Source of the DNA: Chitinophagales bacterium | GTDB lineage: Bacteria > Bacteroidota > Bacteroidia > Chitinophagales > BACL12 | DNA: 41,131 nt | Direction of reading: 5' to 3' | NCBI GenBank assembly: GCA_014380545.1 | Contig: JACMJP010000092.1 | Location: 1 to 41,131 of the forward strand | Shown here: positions 25,912-36,112 of the stretch, one piece after another | Position numbering within the stretch: position 1 is the stretch's first letter | Layout: the number at the start of each line of letters is the position of its first letter | Program-made: the position numbers and the translations under genes | Notes under the pieces: model-generated | What the model was told of the DNA's origin: nothing | What the model saw: the letters and a program-made list of their open reading frames with translations, nothing else | Databases searched by the model: none

Positions 25912-27999
25912 TTAAAAAGATTTTAACTGTTGAATATATTCTTTGATGCTTATGACAGGAATCTGACAATTGTAGTTGCGACAATTAAAAATCCGGGATG
26001 TATCGTCTATAAATTTATTATTAAGTAAGGGGTAATTTATTTTACTACCATCTGTATCAATCATTATAATTCGATTTGGGTAGTATATCCTGTTAACTTC
26101 TTCCAGTAAGTCGAGTGCATCCACCCCGCAAATAGCAGTTTCTAGTATTGGATATGTGTATTGCAGAGCACCGATAAGCCACATACCAAATGAGGAAGGA
26201 TATTTAATAATATCCTCTTTTACTGATAAAAACATTTTATCAGCTCTCTCCTGTAAAGCCTTATCTCCGGTAATAATTGATATCTTAATTAAATTCGACA
26301 ACATCAATGCATTTCCTGATGGTGTCGCATGATCATACAATTCTTTATTGCGTAAAGGAATATCAGTCTGGTTTTTTTGCGTAAAATAAAATTGAATATC
26401 GTTTTCGTCTGAAAAATTATCAATTACGAAGTGATTTAAACTGATGGCTTCTTCAATGTAAAAAATATCGCCTGAAATTTCATAAAGGTCAATTAACGCA
26501 GTAATGAGTGATGCATAATCTTCAAGCATAGCCGGATATTTTGTAATATCATTTTTATAAGTATGGAATAATGCTGCGTCTGCTGATTGGTTCCTGAATA
26601 CTTTTAATACGAATTGTATATTCCTTTCCGCAGTTTCCTTATATTTAATATTATTTGTTGCTTTATATCCTGCAATGAAACCACTGCACATAAGAGCATT
26701 CCAGCTAAGAATTATTTTATCATCAAGTCCGGGTTTTATGCGCTTATCTCTTTCTGCAAGTAATTTTTGATTACATATTCGAAGTAACTTTTTTTCTTGC
26801 CCGTTAAGTTGTTTGAATTTTCCCTGCCCGTTCGGCAGGCGGTCGTTTTAATTCCTTTCTACATTCCGGTATAAAATATTTGTATGTTCCCAATTCCCGC
26901 TTTCAACAACATTAAATACTTTACAAAACCATGCAGCATCATCAATTAATATTTTTTCAATTTCTTCTTTACTCCATGTGTAAAATTTCCCTTCCACACC
27001 TTCTGAATCAGCATCATATGAGCTATAAAAACCGCCATCATTTGTCATCATTTCCTTCATGACAAATTGTAATGTTTCATCAACAATTCTTTTATATTCT
27101 TCATCGCCGGAAACCATGTATGCTTCTCCATATATCTGCACAAGCAATGCATTGTCGTACAACATTTTTTCAAAATGCGGAACAATCCATTTTCTATCAA
27201 CACTATATCTTGCAAAACCTCCTTCCAACTGATCATATATTCCGCCATATATCATTTTATAAAGAGATAAATGAATATGATCTGTTTCTTCTTTGTCGGT
27301 AGAATAAAAATTTTTACGCAATAAATATTTAAGTGTCATTGCTGATGGAAATTTTGGAGCGTTTCCAAACCCTCCTTCATCTGTATCAAAAAAACTTTTT
27401 AATGCTTTATGAATATCTGCTATTTCATTTTCTGATACAATTTTATTACCTGTATGCTGTATGTTTTCAATTTTAATCAAAGCATTATCCATTCTTCCCA
27501 GATACTCAAGCATTTTTTCTGCCTGCTGCTCAACAGTGTCTCTTTGTTTCTCAAAAGTTTCGTACACATAAATTAATACATCCATCCAGCTTGGCTTTCC
27601 ATAAGAGGGTTTTGGAGGAAAATAAGTGCCTCCGGTAAATGGTTTCAGCTCTTGTGTAAGAAACATATTTAATGGCCACCCTCCGCCGCCTGTTAAAACC
27701 TGACAAGCCTGCATATAAATATGATCAACATCCGGCCTTTCTTCACGGTCAATTTTTATATTCACAAAGAATTTATTCATGAAGGCTGCAGTTTTTTCGT
27801 CTTCAAAACTTTCCCGCTCCATAACATGGCACCAATGACATGCTGCATAACCTATGCTTACTAAGATAGGCTTATCTTCTTTTTTTGCTTTCTCAAAAGC
27901 CTCTGTTCCCCATGCAAACCATTCAACAGGATTGTGCGCATGCTGCAAAAGGTAAGGGCTTGTTTCATCAATTAACTTATTTGTGAATTTATGTATCAT
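25912..27999 (-). pseudogene. YyaL/DUF255 (SPATA20-like) thioredoxin-domain protein interrupted by one in-frame TAA at 26848-26850
   Basis: N-half [45 protein letters not shown]; the same frame continues past TAA through ERDKRIKPGLDDKILLSWNALM into the 259-aa ORF (LEDYA, DHATPSGN); 695 codons in total. Confidence 0.85.
26823..26843. repeat. 21-bp GC-rich palindromic element inserted in frame within yyaL
   Basis: CCTGCC-CGTTC-GGCAGG-CGGT hairpin in an AT-rich gene; length a multiple of 3. Confidence 0.7.
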
Positions 28000-28078
28000 A
28001 ATTATTTAAAATAAAATTGCATCAACACTCAATATTTTTACAGAGATAGTTGATGCAATTAAAAATATTATCTGTACT

Positions 28079-28864
28079 TTATTTCTTTTTATTTGCTTTC
28101 GCAAGATACCGGTCTATTGCCATAAAAATAGAAGGTGTTTCAGGTGTTGGCGCTTTCAGGTCCACCTGTAAACCATTTTCTTCCATTGCTTTTAATGTAC
28201 TTAAACCCATACATCCTATTCTTAATTCCCCCTGCGCAAAATTTGGGAAATTTTTAAATAAACTATTTACACCAAGTGGCGTAAATAAAACAAGCATATC
28301 ATAATTTATTTTTCCATTCATATCACTCAGGTCAGCTGTAATACTTTCATACATGATCGCTTCATCAAAATTTGCATTTTTACTTTTTAAATATTCAGTA
28401 TAAACATCCTTGTGGTTTGGTGTACATGGAAACAATATTTTCTCGTTAAGAATATGCTTATTCAGGATTTCAAATAATTCAGTGTCTTTTCCGGAATCCC
28501 CATAAAAAACTTTTCTTTTTCTGTATTGAATATATTTTTGAAGGTAAACAGCAATTGCCTCTGTTACACAAAAATACTTTGTCATCTCCGGCATTTTTAC
28601 TCTCAACTCTTCGCACAACCTGAAAAAATGATCTATTGCGATCCTGTTTGTAAACATAACAGCCGAGTAATCTGAAATATTAATTCTTTGCTTGCGAAAA
28701 TCTTTTCCCTGTGTTCCCTGAATTTTAATAAAGTGCCTGAAATCAATTTTCACTTTATATTTTTCAACTAATTCAGCATAAGGATTTTTCGGATTTTCCG
28801 GAACCGGCTGGCTAACTAAAATAGATTTTACTGGTTTTAAATGTGGTTGCAAAGTTTGTGTCAT
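28079..28864 (-). CDS. hemD: Uroporphyrinogen-III synthase family protein
   Basis: VKSILVSQP, KIDFR, DHFFRLCEE, YLQKYIQYRKRK; Bacteroidota HemD type adjacent to DUF4271. Confidence 0.9.
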   Translation of the reverse strand: MTQTLQPHLKPVKSILVSQPVPENPKNPYAELVEKYKVKIDFRHFIKIQGTQGKDFRKQRINISDYSAVMFTNRIAIDHFFRLCEELRVKMPEMTKYFCVTEAIAVYLQKYIQYRKRKVFYGDSGKDTELFEILNKHILNEKILFPCTPNHKDVYTEYLKSKNANFDEAIMYESITADLSDMNGKINYDMLVLFTPLGVNSLFKNFPNFAQGELRIGCMGLSTLKAMEENGLQVDLKAPTPETPSIFMAIDRYLAKANKKK

Positions 28865-28885
28865 GTACCTGTGCTTTTCCTTTCA

Positions 28886-29851
28886 TTATGCAGATATTAA
28901 AGTAAATGCTTTATATACAATTAATAACGGCGCAATTTCAAGGGCGCAAATATACAGCAAAAAATAAAGAATGTGAAACCTTGTAAATGTAATTCCAACT
29001 GTTATTCCTTTTATAAAACGTAATATCAATGCAAGCGCAGCCAGGCTTATTGAAACTGCTACAACCCAGTGCAGACCTGGTTCCTGAACGGTGGCTATAA
29101 GAATGACACAGGGCAATAGTGCCACCGCTAAGAGCTGATAAATGATCAATGTGTTAAAGCGGAAAAATTGCACGGCAATGTCAAATTCGAATATCAGTTT
29201 TAATAAAATGTAAATAATTGTTTTAATAAAATATGCTGCGGGAAAAATAGCACTACATAACAACACATTCAGGAAAATTGAATGGAATGGGAGCTTAATA
29301 TGAAAATACCCTGACAGAAGATAACAATACATACCTATAATTAATATTGTATTAAAATATAATAGGATACTGAAAATATTAAATGAGAATTCACGGTCAC
29401 GGTAAATTTGCTGCCCCAGATTCATATTGAGTAGCACCGTAATATTTTCCCTGATCTGCTTTGCATACCTATACCTCAAAATTGTGAAATACAAAAGCAA
29501 TAAAAACAAAATAACAGGCAAAGTATATGATGTATTTTTTTTATGATATTGCAAAATATGGTCTGCGGCCGGTTCAGTTTTATGAATAGAAAACAAAGTA
29601 TCGTAAAAAGAAGGTGCCATTTTTTGCCCCTGAATATTTGTATCGTTTTTATCTTCAGTGTTATTTATTGAATTGCTGTTTGCTTGTATTTGTATTTGAG
29701 CAGAATGGTTTGATGAATCATTCTGAACGTTTGTTATTTCTGATTGCTGACCGGTTTGTGTATTTGAATCAATTATCGGCGCTACAGAATCCTGTTGAGC
29801 ATATAGAACCTGTGAATAAAATATTAAAAACCATAAAACAAATTTTTTCAC
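28886..29851 (-). CDS. DUF4271 domain multi-pass membrane protein
   Basis: C-terminal LYFLLYICALEIAPL motif; multiple TMs; upstream of hemD. Confidence 0.88.
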   Translation of the reverse strand: MKKFVLWFLIFYSQVLYAQQDSVAPIIDSNTQTGQQSEITNVQNDSSNHSAQIQIQANSNSINNTEDKNDTNIQGQKMAPSFYDTLFSIHKTEPAADHILQYHKKNTSYTLPVILFLLLLYFTILRYRYAKQIRENITVLLNMNLGQQIYRDREFSFNIFSILLYFNTILIIGMYCYLLSGYFHIKLPFHSIFLNVLLCSAIFPAAYFIKTIIYILLKLIFEFDIAVQFFRFNTLIIYQLLAVALLPCVILIATVQEPGLHWVVAVSISLAALALILRFIKGITVGITFTRFHILYFLLYICALEIAPLLIVYKAFTLISA

Positions 29852-31632
29852 TAAAAATAATTTAAATACCCGAAATGAATTTTTGCGTTTTTCAATTGTA
29901 CAGGGTTATTTTGCTGTGACCCTAAGGCATAATTTACGGCAAAAATACCCGCTTTTGTTTCAAATGTAATTCCAGTACCAAAACCAAATGGAAAATCTTT
30001 TTCAACGAGAGGTTTACTTGCATCTTCAGTATATGCCTGGTCAAAGAAAATTCCTGCATAAGAATTTTGCGAAAGCAAATACCGCACTTCAGCGGTGAAC
30101 ACATGATATTGGGAAGCTATAATTGTTTTATCATCAAAACCTCTTAATAAATTGATTCCGCCTATGCGGTATAATTCATTTTCAAATATTTGATCGTTGA
30201 TTACGGATGCTCCATTTAATTTAAGAACAAATGATGTGTTTTTTATTATTGGCTGATAAAAGGAAGCGCTATATTGATACATTATATTTAATGACCGGGT
30301 ATCAATGCTATCATACAAACTTGCAAAATCAAATTCAGGGTTTTCAGGATCGAATAACGAAGTGATAGCGGTATTTTCTTTTATTGTTTTTGTTCCCGCT
30401 GATGCACTGATATAAAAGGCAACACCTTTTCTGGGGTTATAGATATAATTTAATTTTTCAAAGTTAAATGCAAGACCATATCCTATATTTTCCACATCAA
30501 GATTTACAGGTAATGTGAGTGTTTCCAAAACTGATGCTGTATCAATATTCAGTACGTCTGAATTATAAAATGAAGTAAAAGCTTTTGAATAATTATTGCC
30601 CATGAACTGGTATAATAACCCTACGGAAGATTTGCGTTCTAAAAATGTTGAATCTTTTAAAAACAGATCAAATGATGCATCAATACCAAGAGATATAAAT
30701 GGTAAATACGGATAGGTGAAATGGCTTTCCAATTCTTTAGTAGTTAATTCCAGTTTTGAAAAATGTACATCAACTAATTCCCCGGCATTAAAAACATTAT
30801 TTAAGTGTAATGTTCCTTCTCCCGTAATTATTAATCGCCCCACAATTTCATTATTCGGCAATATGCCAATCAGGAAATCAAACCTGCTTGCATTCTTTTC
30901 ATCAAGATAAACGATGACTTTTGCTTTTTGTCCGAAAAATTGCACCTGGGATGATCTTATCACATTTGCAAAAGGCAGTTCTTTTAGTCGTTCATCTAAA
31001 TCTTTTATTAGTGATTCATTATAAATTTCTCCGGGTTTAATTCCTGTGTATTGTTGCAAATAATTTTCTGTTAGTTCAAGATTACCTTCTATTGCAATTG
31101 TATCAAATTGTATCAAACGGTTTCTATTGAATAATAATTTAGCAGACAAAATTGAATCAGAAATTTGCACACTGTCCAATTGCACTGTTGCAAAAGGATA
31201 ACCATGATCTTCTGCAAACTCAAGCATATCTTCCATGAAAGAAACAATTTCCTCGTATCTGAAAGTTGTATTTACAAAATCTTTTTCCCGGTAATTTGCG
31301 CCACTTAAGAAAATTTTATCGATGCCTGACATATTTAATTGAGCCAACAATATTTTATTTCCTTTTTCAAAAACAACAAACGCCGTATCATTTCTTTCAG
31401 ACGTTATCGAATAATTTGCAGCCAGGTGACCTGAACTATAAGCATGCAATAAAATTTTCTGCAGATAAACATTTCTTTCAGCAACAGAATAGAATGTATT
31501 TTCTTCATCCAGGTTTCTCGGAAAAATATCTTTGTCGTTCCTGTCATTCTGAATAACCAGGTAAACAGTATCCTGCGCATGAAGAGCTGCTGCGAAAAAA
31601 AATATTGCGATCAGGAAACGTAATTTTGCCAA
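29851..31632 (-). CDS. BamA/TamA (Omp85) family outer membrane protein with POTRA domains
   Basis: DHGYPFA POTRA motif; ELYRIGGINLLRGFDD; ends KIHFGYLNYF; likely TTG start at 31632 giving signal peptide (M)AKLRFLIAIFFFAAALHA. Confidence 0.88.
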   Translation of the reverse strand: MAKLRFLIAIFFFAAALHAQDTVYLVIQNDRNDKDIFPRNLDEENTFYSVAERNVYLQKILLHAYSSGHLAANYSITSERNDTAFVVFEKGNKILLAQLNMSGIDKIFLSGANYREKDFVNTTFRYEEIVSFMEDMLEFAEDHGYPFATVQLDSVQISDSILSAKLLFNRNRLIQFDTIAIEGNLELTENYLQQYTGIKPGEIYNESLIKDLDERLKELPFANVIRSSQVQFFGQKAKVIVYLDEKNASRFDFLIGILPNNEIVGRLIITGEGTLHLNNVFNAGELVDVHFSKLELTTKELESHFTYPYLPFISLGIDASFDLFLKDSTFLERKSSVGLLYQFMGNNYSKAFTSFYNSDVLNIDTASVLETLTLPVNLDVENIGYGLAFNFEKLNYIYNPRKGVAFYISASAGTKTIKENTAITSLFDPENPEFDFASLYDSIDTRSLNIMYQYSASFYQPIIKNTSFVLKLNGASVINDQIFENELYRIGGINLLRGFDDKTIIASQYHVFTAEVRYLLSQNSYAGIFFDQAYTEDASKPLVEKDFPFGFGTGITFETKAGIFAVNYALGSQQNNPVQLKNAKIHFGYLNYF

Positions 31633-31664
31633 ACAGAAATTTTTTGCAAAAATACAACGCAACA

Positions 31665-32807
31665 ATGGCAGGCATCTATATACACATTCCTTTTTGTAAA
31701 CAGGCATGTCATTATTGTAATTTTCACTTTTCAACTTCGCTGGTTCTGAAAGAAAAAATGCTGGATGCTATTTGTAACGAAATTGTTATACGTAAAAATT
31801 ATCTTGGCGATAAGGACATTGAAACAATTTATTTTGGAGGAGGTACGCCTTCTGTCTTAGAAGTACAAGAAATAAAAAGAATTATTGATACCATAGAAAA
31901 TAATTATAAAACCAATACAAAAGAATTTACGCTTGAAGCAAATCCTGATGACCTGACAAAAGAAAAATTAATTGAACTGAGATCAATAGGAGTAAATAGG
32001 TTGAGTATTGGAGTACAATCTTTTTTTAATGCAGACCTTAAATGGATGAACCGGGTGCATGATGCAAAGCAAGCAATAACTTGTATTGAAAATGCATTAG
32101 TAGCAGGATTTGAAAATTTAAGTGTTGATCTCATTTACGGAACACCAAATCAAAGTGATGATAACTGGAAATATAATATTCAAAAATTAGTTGATTATAA
32201 TATCCCCCATATCTCCTGTTATGCATTGACTGTGGAACCAAAAACTGCTTTGCAGTATATGATAGAAAAAGATAAAACACAGGCCCCGGATGAAACCATT
32301 GCAGCAAAACATTTTGAAATATTAGTGGACATGCTCAGGGAAAATAATTATGAACATTATGAAATATCCAATTTTGCAAAGAATAAAAAATATGCAATGC
32401 ATAACTCCTCTTACTGGAAAGGTGCATATTATTCAGGCATCGGCCCATCAGCGCATTCTTTTAACGGATTCAGCAGGCAATGGAATGCTTCGAGCAATGC
32501 GCTGTATATTCAAAACATGAAAGACGAAATAATCCCTTTTGAAATTGAATACTTAAGCGAAGTGCAAAAAGCAAATGAAAAAATTATGACATCGCTACGA
32601 ACAATGTGGGGTTTGAATTTAGAAGAATTTAAAGACGCATTTAATGAAAATAATTTGAAGCAACTATTAAGCGAAGCAAAATACGATTTGCAAAAAGAAA
32701 ATCTGAAACTTGAGAATAATATTTTATGCATGTCGGCAAAGGCAAAGTTTTTTGCTGATGGAATCATCAGCGATCTGTTTTTTACAGAAGAAACTTTTGT
32801 CAATTAA
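31665..32807 (+). CDS. hemW: Radical SAM heme chaperone HemW
   Basis: YIHIPFCKQACHYCNF (CxxxCxxC), YFGGGTPS, YEISNFA, HNSSYW; ATG at 31665. Confidence 0.93.
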   Translation: MAGIYIHIPFCKQACHYCNFHFSTSLVLKEKMLDAICNEIVIRKNYLGDKDIETIYFGGGTPSVLEVQEIKRIIDTIENNYKTNTKEFTLEANPDDLTKEKLIELRSIGVNRLSIGVQSFFNADLKWMNRVHDAKQAITCIENALVAGFENLSVDLIYGTPNQSDDNWKYNIQKLVDYNIPHISCYALTVEPKTALQYMIEKDKTQAPDETIAAKHFEILVDMLRENNYEHYEISNFAKNKKYAMHNSSYWKGAYYSGIGPSAHSFNGFSRQWNASSNALYIQNMKDEIIPFEIEYLSEVQKANEKIMTSLRTMWGLNLEEFKDAFNENNLKQLLSEAKYDLQKENLKLENNILCMSAKAKFFADGIISDLFFTEETFVN

Positions 32808-32841
32808 AAAACCTCCTGCATTTTGAAAGCTCAGGAGGTTT
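32806..32841. terminator. Terminator between convergent hemW and tlpA
   Basis: AAACCTCCTG-13nt-CAGGAGGTTT stem. Confidence 0.7.
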
Positions 32842-32867
32842 AAAGTATGTATGCTATTATCAAAAAA

Positions 32868-33383
32868 TTATTTATTTGATAACTCAGCAATCTTTTCTTC
32901 TAATAGATATTCATCCCCCTCAACATATCCGCTGTGCTTATCCGCTATCATTCCGTTTTTATCAACCACCACCGTGAAAGGAACTGTCTGCCCGTTTAAT
33001 AATCTTTGCAATTCTTTATTATCATCCATCAGCACTAAATATTCCCAACCCTGTCCGTCAACGTAAGATTTTACATTTGCTTTTGTTTTTGCATCATCAA
33101 TAGAAACTGCAATTATCTGCACATCATAATCAGCTTGCCAGTCTTCATAAATATCTGCGATATTATTTAATTCCTTTTTGCAAGGCGTACACCATGTTGC
33201 CCAAAAATTAAATACTGTAACCTTTCCTGATTTACCCAGTTCTGCAATATTTACTTTATTGCCGTTCATATCATATAAACTAATATCGGGTAAATTATCA
33301 TTGCCTGTTGCTTCAACAGCTTGGGTATGGCCACTTGTAAGAATAAGACTCAACAGGGTGATTACAAATAATTTTTTCATCAT
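32868..33383 (-). CDS. TlpA family periplasmic thiol-disulfide oxidoreductase
   Basis: Signal peptide; NFWATWCTPCKKEL; cis-Pro TVPFT. Confidence 0.93.
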   Translation of the reverse strand: MMKKLFVITLLSLILTSGHTQAVEATGNDNLPDISLYDMNGNKVNIAELGKSGKVTVFNFWATWCTPCKKELNNIADIYEDWQADYDVQIIAVSIDDAKTKANVKSYVDGQGWEYLVLMDDNKELQRLLNGQTVPFTVVVDKNGMIADKHSGYVEGDEYLLEEKIAELSNK

Positions 33384-33606
33384 ATAATTTAAGTTATGCG
33401 AAAATAGCGCATTTTTTCAATAACCATGCCCGCCGGAACAGGTTTAACAATTCTTTAAATCATTTGTCTGACAGAGGTTTTTATACAGCCTAAGTAATTT
33501 GGACTTGTTTGCGGTTATTTGGGAAATAGATTTATGCGGATTATCTGTATACACAATTCGTAAAAATTTTAAGTATCCCGTTACCTTTACGGACGAAATC
33601 GGCACT

Positions 33607-35190
33607 ATGAAGAAAATCTTTTTTGCATTTATAATTTTTTTTTGTGTATCAAAAATATTTGCCCAAAGCCAGTTTAGTGGCGACCTGCAGGTAAATTCAG
33701 AATTTTATCAGCCTGATTCTGTAATTGGTGCAACAGGCACACCTCATTATGATAATTTAAAAAGTGGATTGGATGTTTGGTTGCAATTAAATTATCAAAA
33801 CCCATCAGCGGGTTTAGAGGCCGGGCTAAGGCTTGACATATTTAATAATTCTAATTTACATGATCCCGGTGTGCCTTATACTGATCAGGGAATTGGCAAA
33901 TGGTACATAGCCAAAACACTTAATGCTTTTAAAATAACAGGTGGATATATTTATGAGCAGTTCGGCTCAGGTTTAGTTTACAGAAGTTATGAAGAACGCC
34001 CGCTTGGAATTGATAACGCATTATTCGGACTTGAGTTGGAATATAATATTAATGAAAACTGGAATATAAAAGCACTCGCCGGGCAACAAAAAAATTTATT
34101 TGATAGCTATAACCCCGTTTTAAAAGGAGTAAATATTAATGGATTTATTCCTTTTAGTGATAGTTCGATTATTAAAATTGCACCCGGTGCTTCTTTTTTA
34201 AACAGAACAATTGATGAAGATAATATGAATTTGATTGCAGCAGCAATTAATAATTATGATCTTGAAGACAGGTTTGTTCCAAAATATAATATGTATGCAG
34301 GTTCAGTTTATAACACACTCACAATTAAAAATATCAGCTGGTATATTGAATATGCAATGAAAACACATGAAGCAATTAAAAATGCAAGCGGAAATTTAAT
34401 TGATACTGATGGAAATGTTATTTATACAACACTTGCTTATTCTCAAAAAGGATTTGGTATTACGGGTCAGTTTAGGAAGGCAAATAACTGGGTGTTGCGC
34501 ACATCTCCTAATGAATTATTGTTAGATGGAATTATGAATTATTTACCAGCGCTCACGAAACAAAATTCGTTGCGCTTAACTGCTAGATACCAGGATGTTG
34601 CTCAGGAACTGGGGGAAACGGCTTACCAGTTTAATGTTACCTATACTCCAAAAAAGGGATATACTATTACTGCAAATTATAGTGATGCAGTTTCGGCAGA
34701 CAATATTCAATTGTGGAGAGAAGCTTACATTGATCTAGAAATAAGAAAATCAAAATATAAATTATTGGTAGGGGCACAATATGTTTTGTATAATCAAAAG
34801 ATATTGGAAGCCCATCCACTAGATACTACTATTACTCCCATTACACCATTTACAGAATTCACATATAAATTTGATAAGAAAAAAAGCTTGCGCATTGAAT
34901 TACAATATCAAAACAATGATGGTGACTATGGAAGTTGGATTTATGGTTTAGCAGAATTTAATATAGCTCCTAAGTGGAGCTTTACTGCAAGCGATATGTA
35001 TAATTTTGATCCCCTAAAAACAGATAAAGCATTACACTTTCCTTTAATTGCCGCCGTTTATACACAAAAAGCAAATCGTTTTAGTTTGAGTTATGTAAAA
35101 CAACTGGAAGGCATTGTTTGCACAGGTGGTGTTTGCAGATTTGAGCCAGCCTTTAGCGGATTAAAATTTCAAATTATTTCAACATTTTAA
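33607..35190 (+). CDS. DUF6029 family outer membrane beta-barrel protein
   Basis: Start MKKIFF at 33607 with signal peptide; TGGYIYEQFGSGL...YEERPLGIDNA; C-terminal GIVCTGGVCRFEPAFSG...STF. Confidence 0.85.
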   Translation: MKKIFFAFIIFFCVSKIFAQSQFSGDLQVNSEFYQPDSVIGATGTPHYDNLKSGLDVWLQLNYQNPSAGLEAGLRLDIFNNSNLHDPGVPYTDQGIGKWYIAKTLNAFKITGGYIYEQFGSGLVYRSYEERPLGIDNALFGLELEYNINENWNIKALAGQQKNLFDSYNPVLKGVNINGFIPFSDSSIIKIAPGASFLNRTIDEDNMNLIAAAINNYDLEDRFVPKYNMYAGSVYNTLTIKNISWYIEYAMKTHEAIKNASGNLIDTDGNVIYTTLAYSQKGFGITGQFRKANNWVLRTSPNELLLDGIMNYLPALTKQNSLRLTARYQDVAQELGETAYQFNVTYTPKKGYTITANYSDAVSADNIQLWREAYIDLEIRKSKYKLLVGAQYVLYNQKILEAHPLDTTITPITPFTEFTYKFDKKKSLRIELQYQNNDGDYGSWIYGLAEFNIAPKWSFTASDMYNFDPLKTDKALHFPLIAAVYTQKANRFSLSYVKQLEGIVCTGGVCRFEPAFSGLKFQIISTF

Positions 35191-35205
35191 ATTAATTTTG
35201 GTATC

Positions 35206-36078
35206 ATGAATTATTTAATATATAAATACAAACATTATTTTTTCCTGCTATTAGGTTCCTGTTTTTTAATTTTTAATAACTCATGCGAAGAAATTGGGCC
35301 AGCAATTGATTTTACTCCTGTTGATACAAGTCTTGTTGATACAACATACCAGACAGATTCCATTTTTACTCCACAGAATAGAGTTGTTTTACTTGAAGAT
35401 TTTACAGGGCAGTTATGTCCTAACTGTCCTGCTGCTCATGAAATAATTGCCGATATAGTTGATGAACATGGAGATAATGTTGCCAATATTGCAATGTATA
35501 ATTATTTTGCTGATGAAAGTTCGCAATTAGCTTATGTTATAGATGAGGCAATAGAATTAGGTGATTATTTGGGACCCATTATAGGTTGGCCAATAGGAGC
35601 AGTTAACAGAAAAGATTTTGGAAGTGGTATTCTTCAACCTAAAGAACTATATTCAACTTATACAGATAGTGAATTATTGATCACACCCTCCTGTAATATT
35701 TCAATGACATACGGATATAATTTTACGACACGAAAATTAAATGTATTTGTTACAGTTAAATATCTTGACACAATTACTACTGTAAATCATTTAAGTGTGG
35801 CAATATGTGAAAACGGAATTATTGATTTTCAGCATGATGAACTTGGCGAAATTCCTGATTATACACACAATCATGTTTTGCGTAAAATGCTTACCCTAGC
35901 AACCGGCACTGAATTATCTGCTACCAATGAACCCGGCAGGTTATATAGGAAGGAATTCGCAATCACTTTGCCTGATGATTGGGTAAAAGAAAATCTTGAA
36001 GTAATTGCTTATGTACATAATTATGAAGCGGATAATAAAGAAGTTTTACAAACAGCAATTATTCATTTAGAAGATTAA
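35206..36078 (+). CDS. Omp28-related lipoprotein (thioredoxin-like CxxC)
   Basis: Lipobox-like NNSC; VVLLEDFTGQLCPNCP; YTHNHVLR; EVLQ. Confidence 0.88.
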   Translation: MNYLIYKYKHYFFLLLGSCFLIFNNSCEEIGPAIDFTPVDTSLVDTTYQTDSIFTPQNRVVLLEDFTGQLCPNCPAAHEIIADIVDEHGDNVANIAMYNYFADESSQLAYVIDEAIELGDYLGPIIGWPIGAVNRKDFGSGILQPKELYSTYTDSELLITPSCNISMTYGYNFTTRKLNVFVTVKYLDTITTVNHLSVAICENGIIDFQHDELGEIPDYTHNHVLRKMLTLATGTELSATNEPGRLYRKEFAITLPDDWVKENLEVIAYVHNYEADNKEVLQTAIIHLED

Positions 36079-36112
36079 TTAAAGTCGAGCCGCACTCAAA
36101 ATGGCATTCCGA

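Noticed and set aside
26848-26850. Alternative genetic code or Sec/Pyl recoding at the yyaL internal stop
   Set aside because: The codon is TAA, which is the normal stop for most genes in this window; Sec and Pyl use TGA and TAG
31605-31734. Apparent 130-bp head-to-head overlap of hemW and the Omp85 gene
   Set aside because: Artefact of longest-ORF starts; better starts are 31665 (MAGIYIH) and 31632 (signal peptide)
33427-33442. TGCCCGCCGGAACAGG as a second copy of the 21-bp palindromic element
   Set aside because: Too degenerate and forms no good stem
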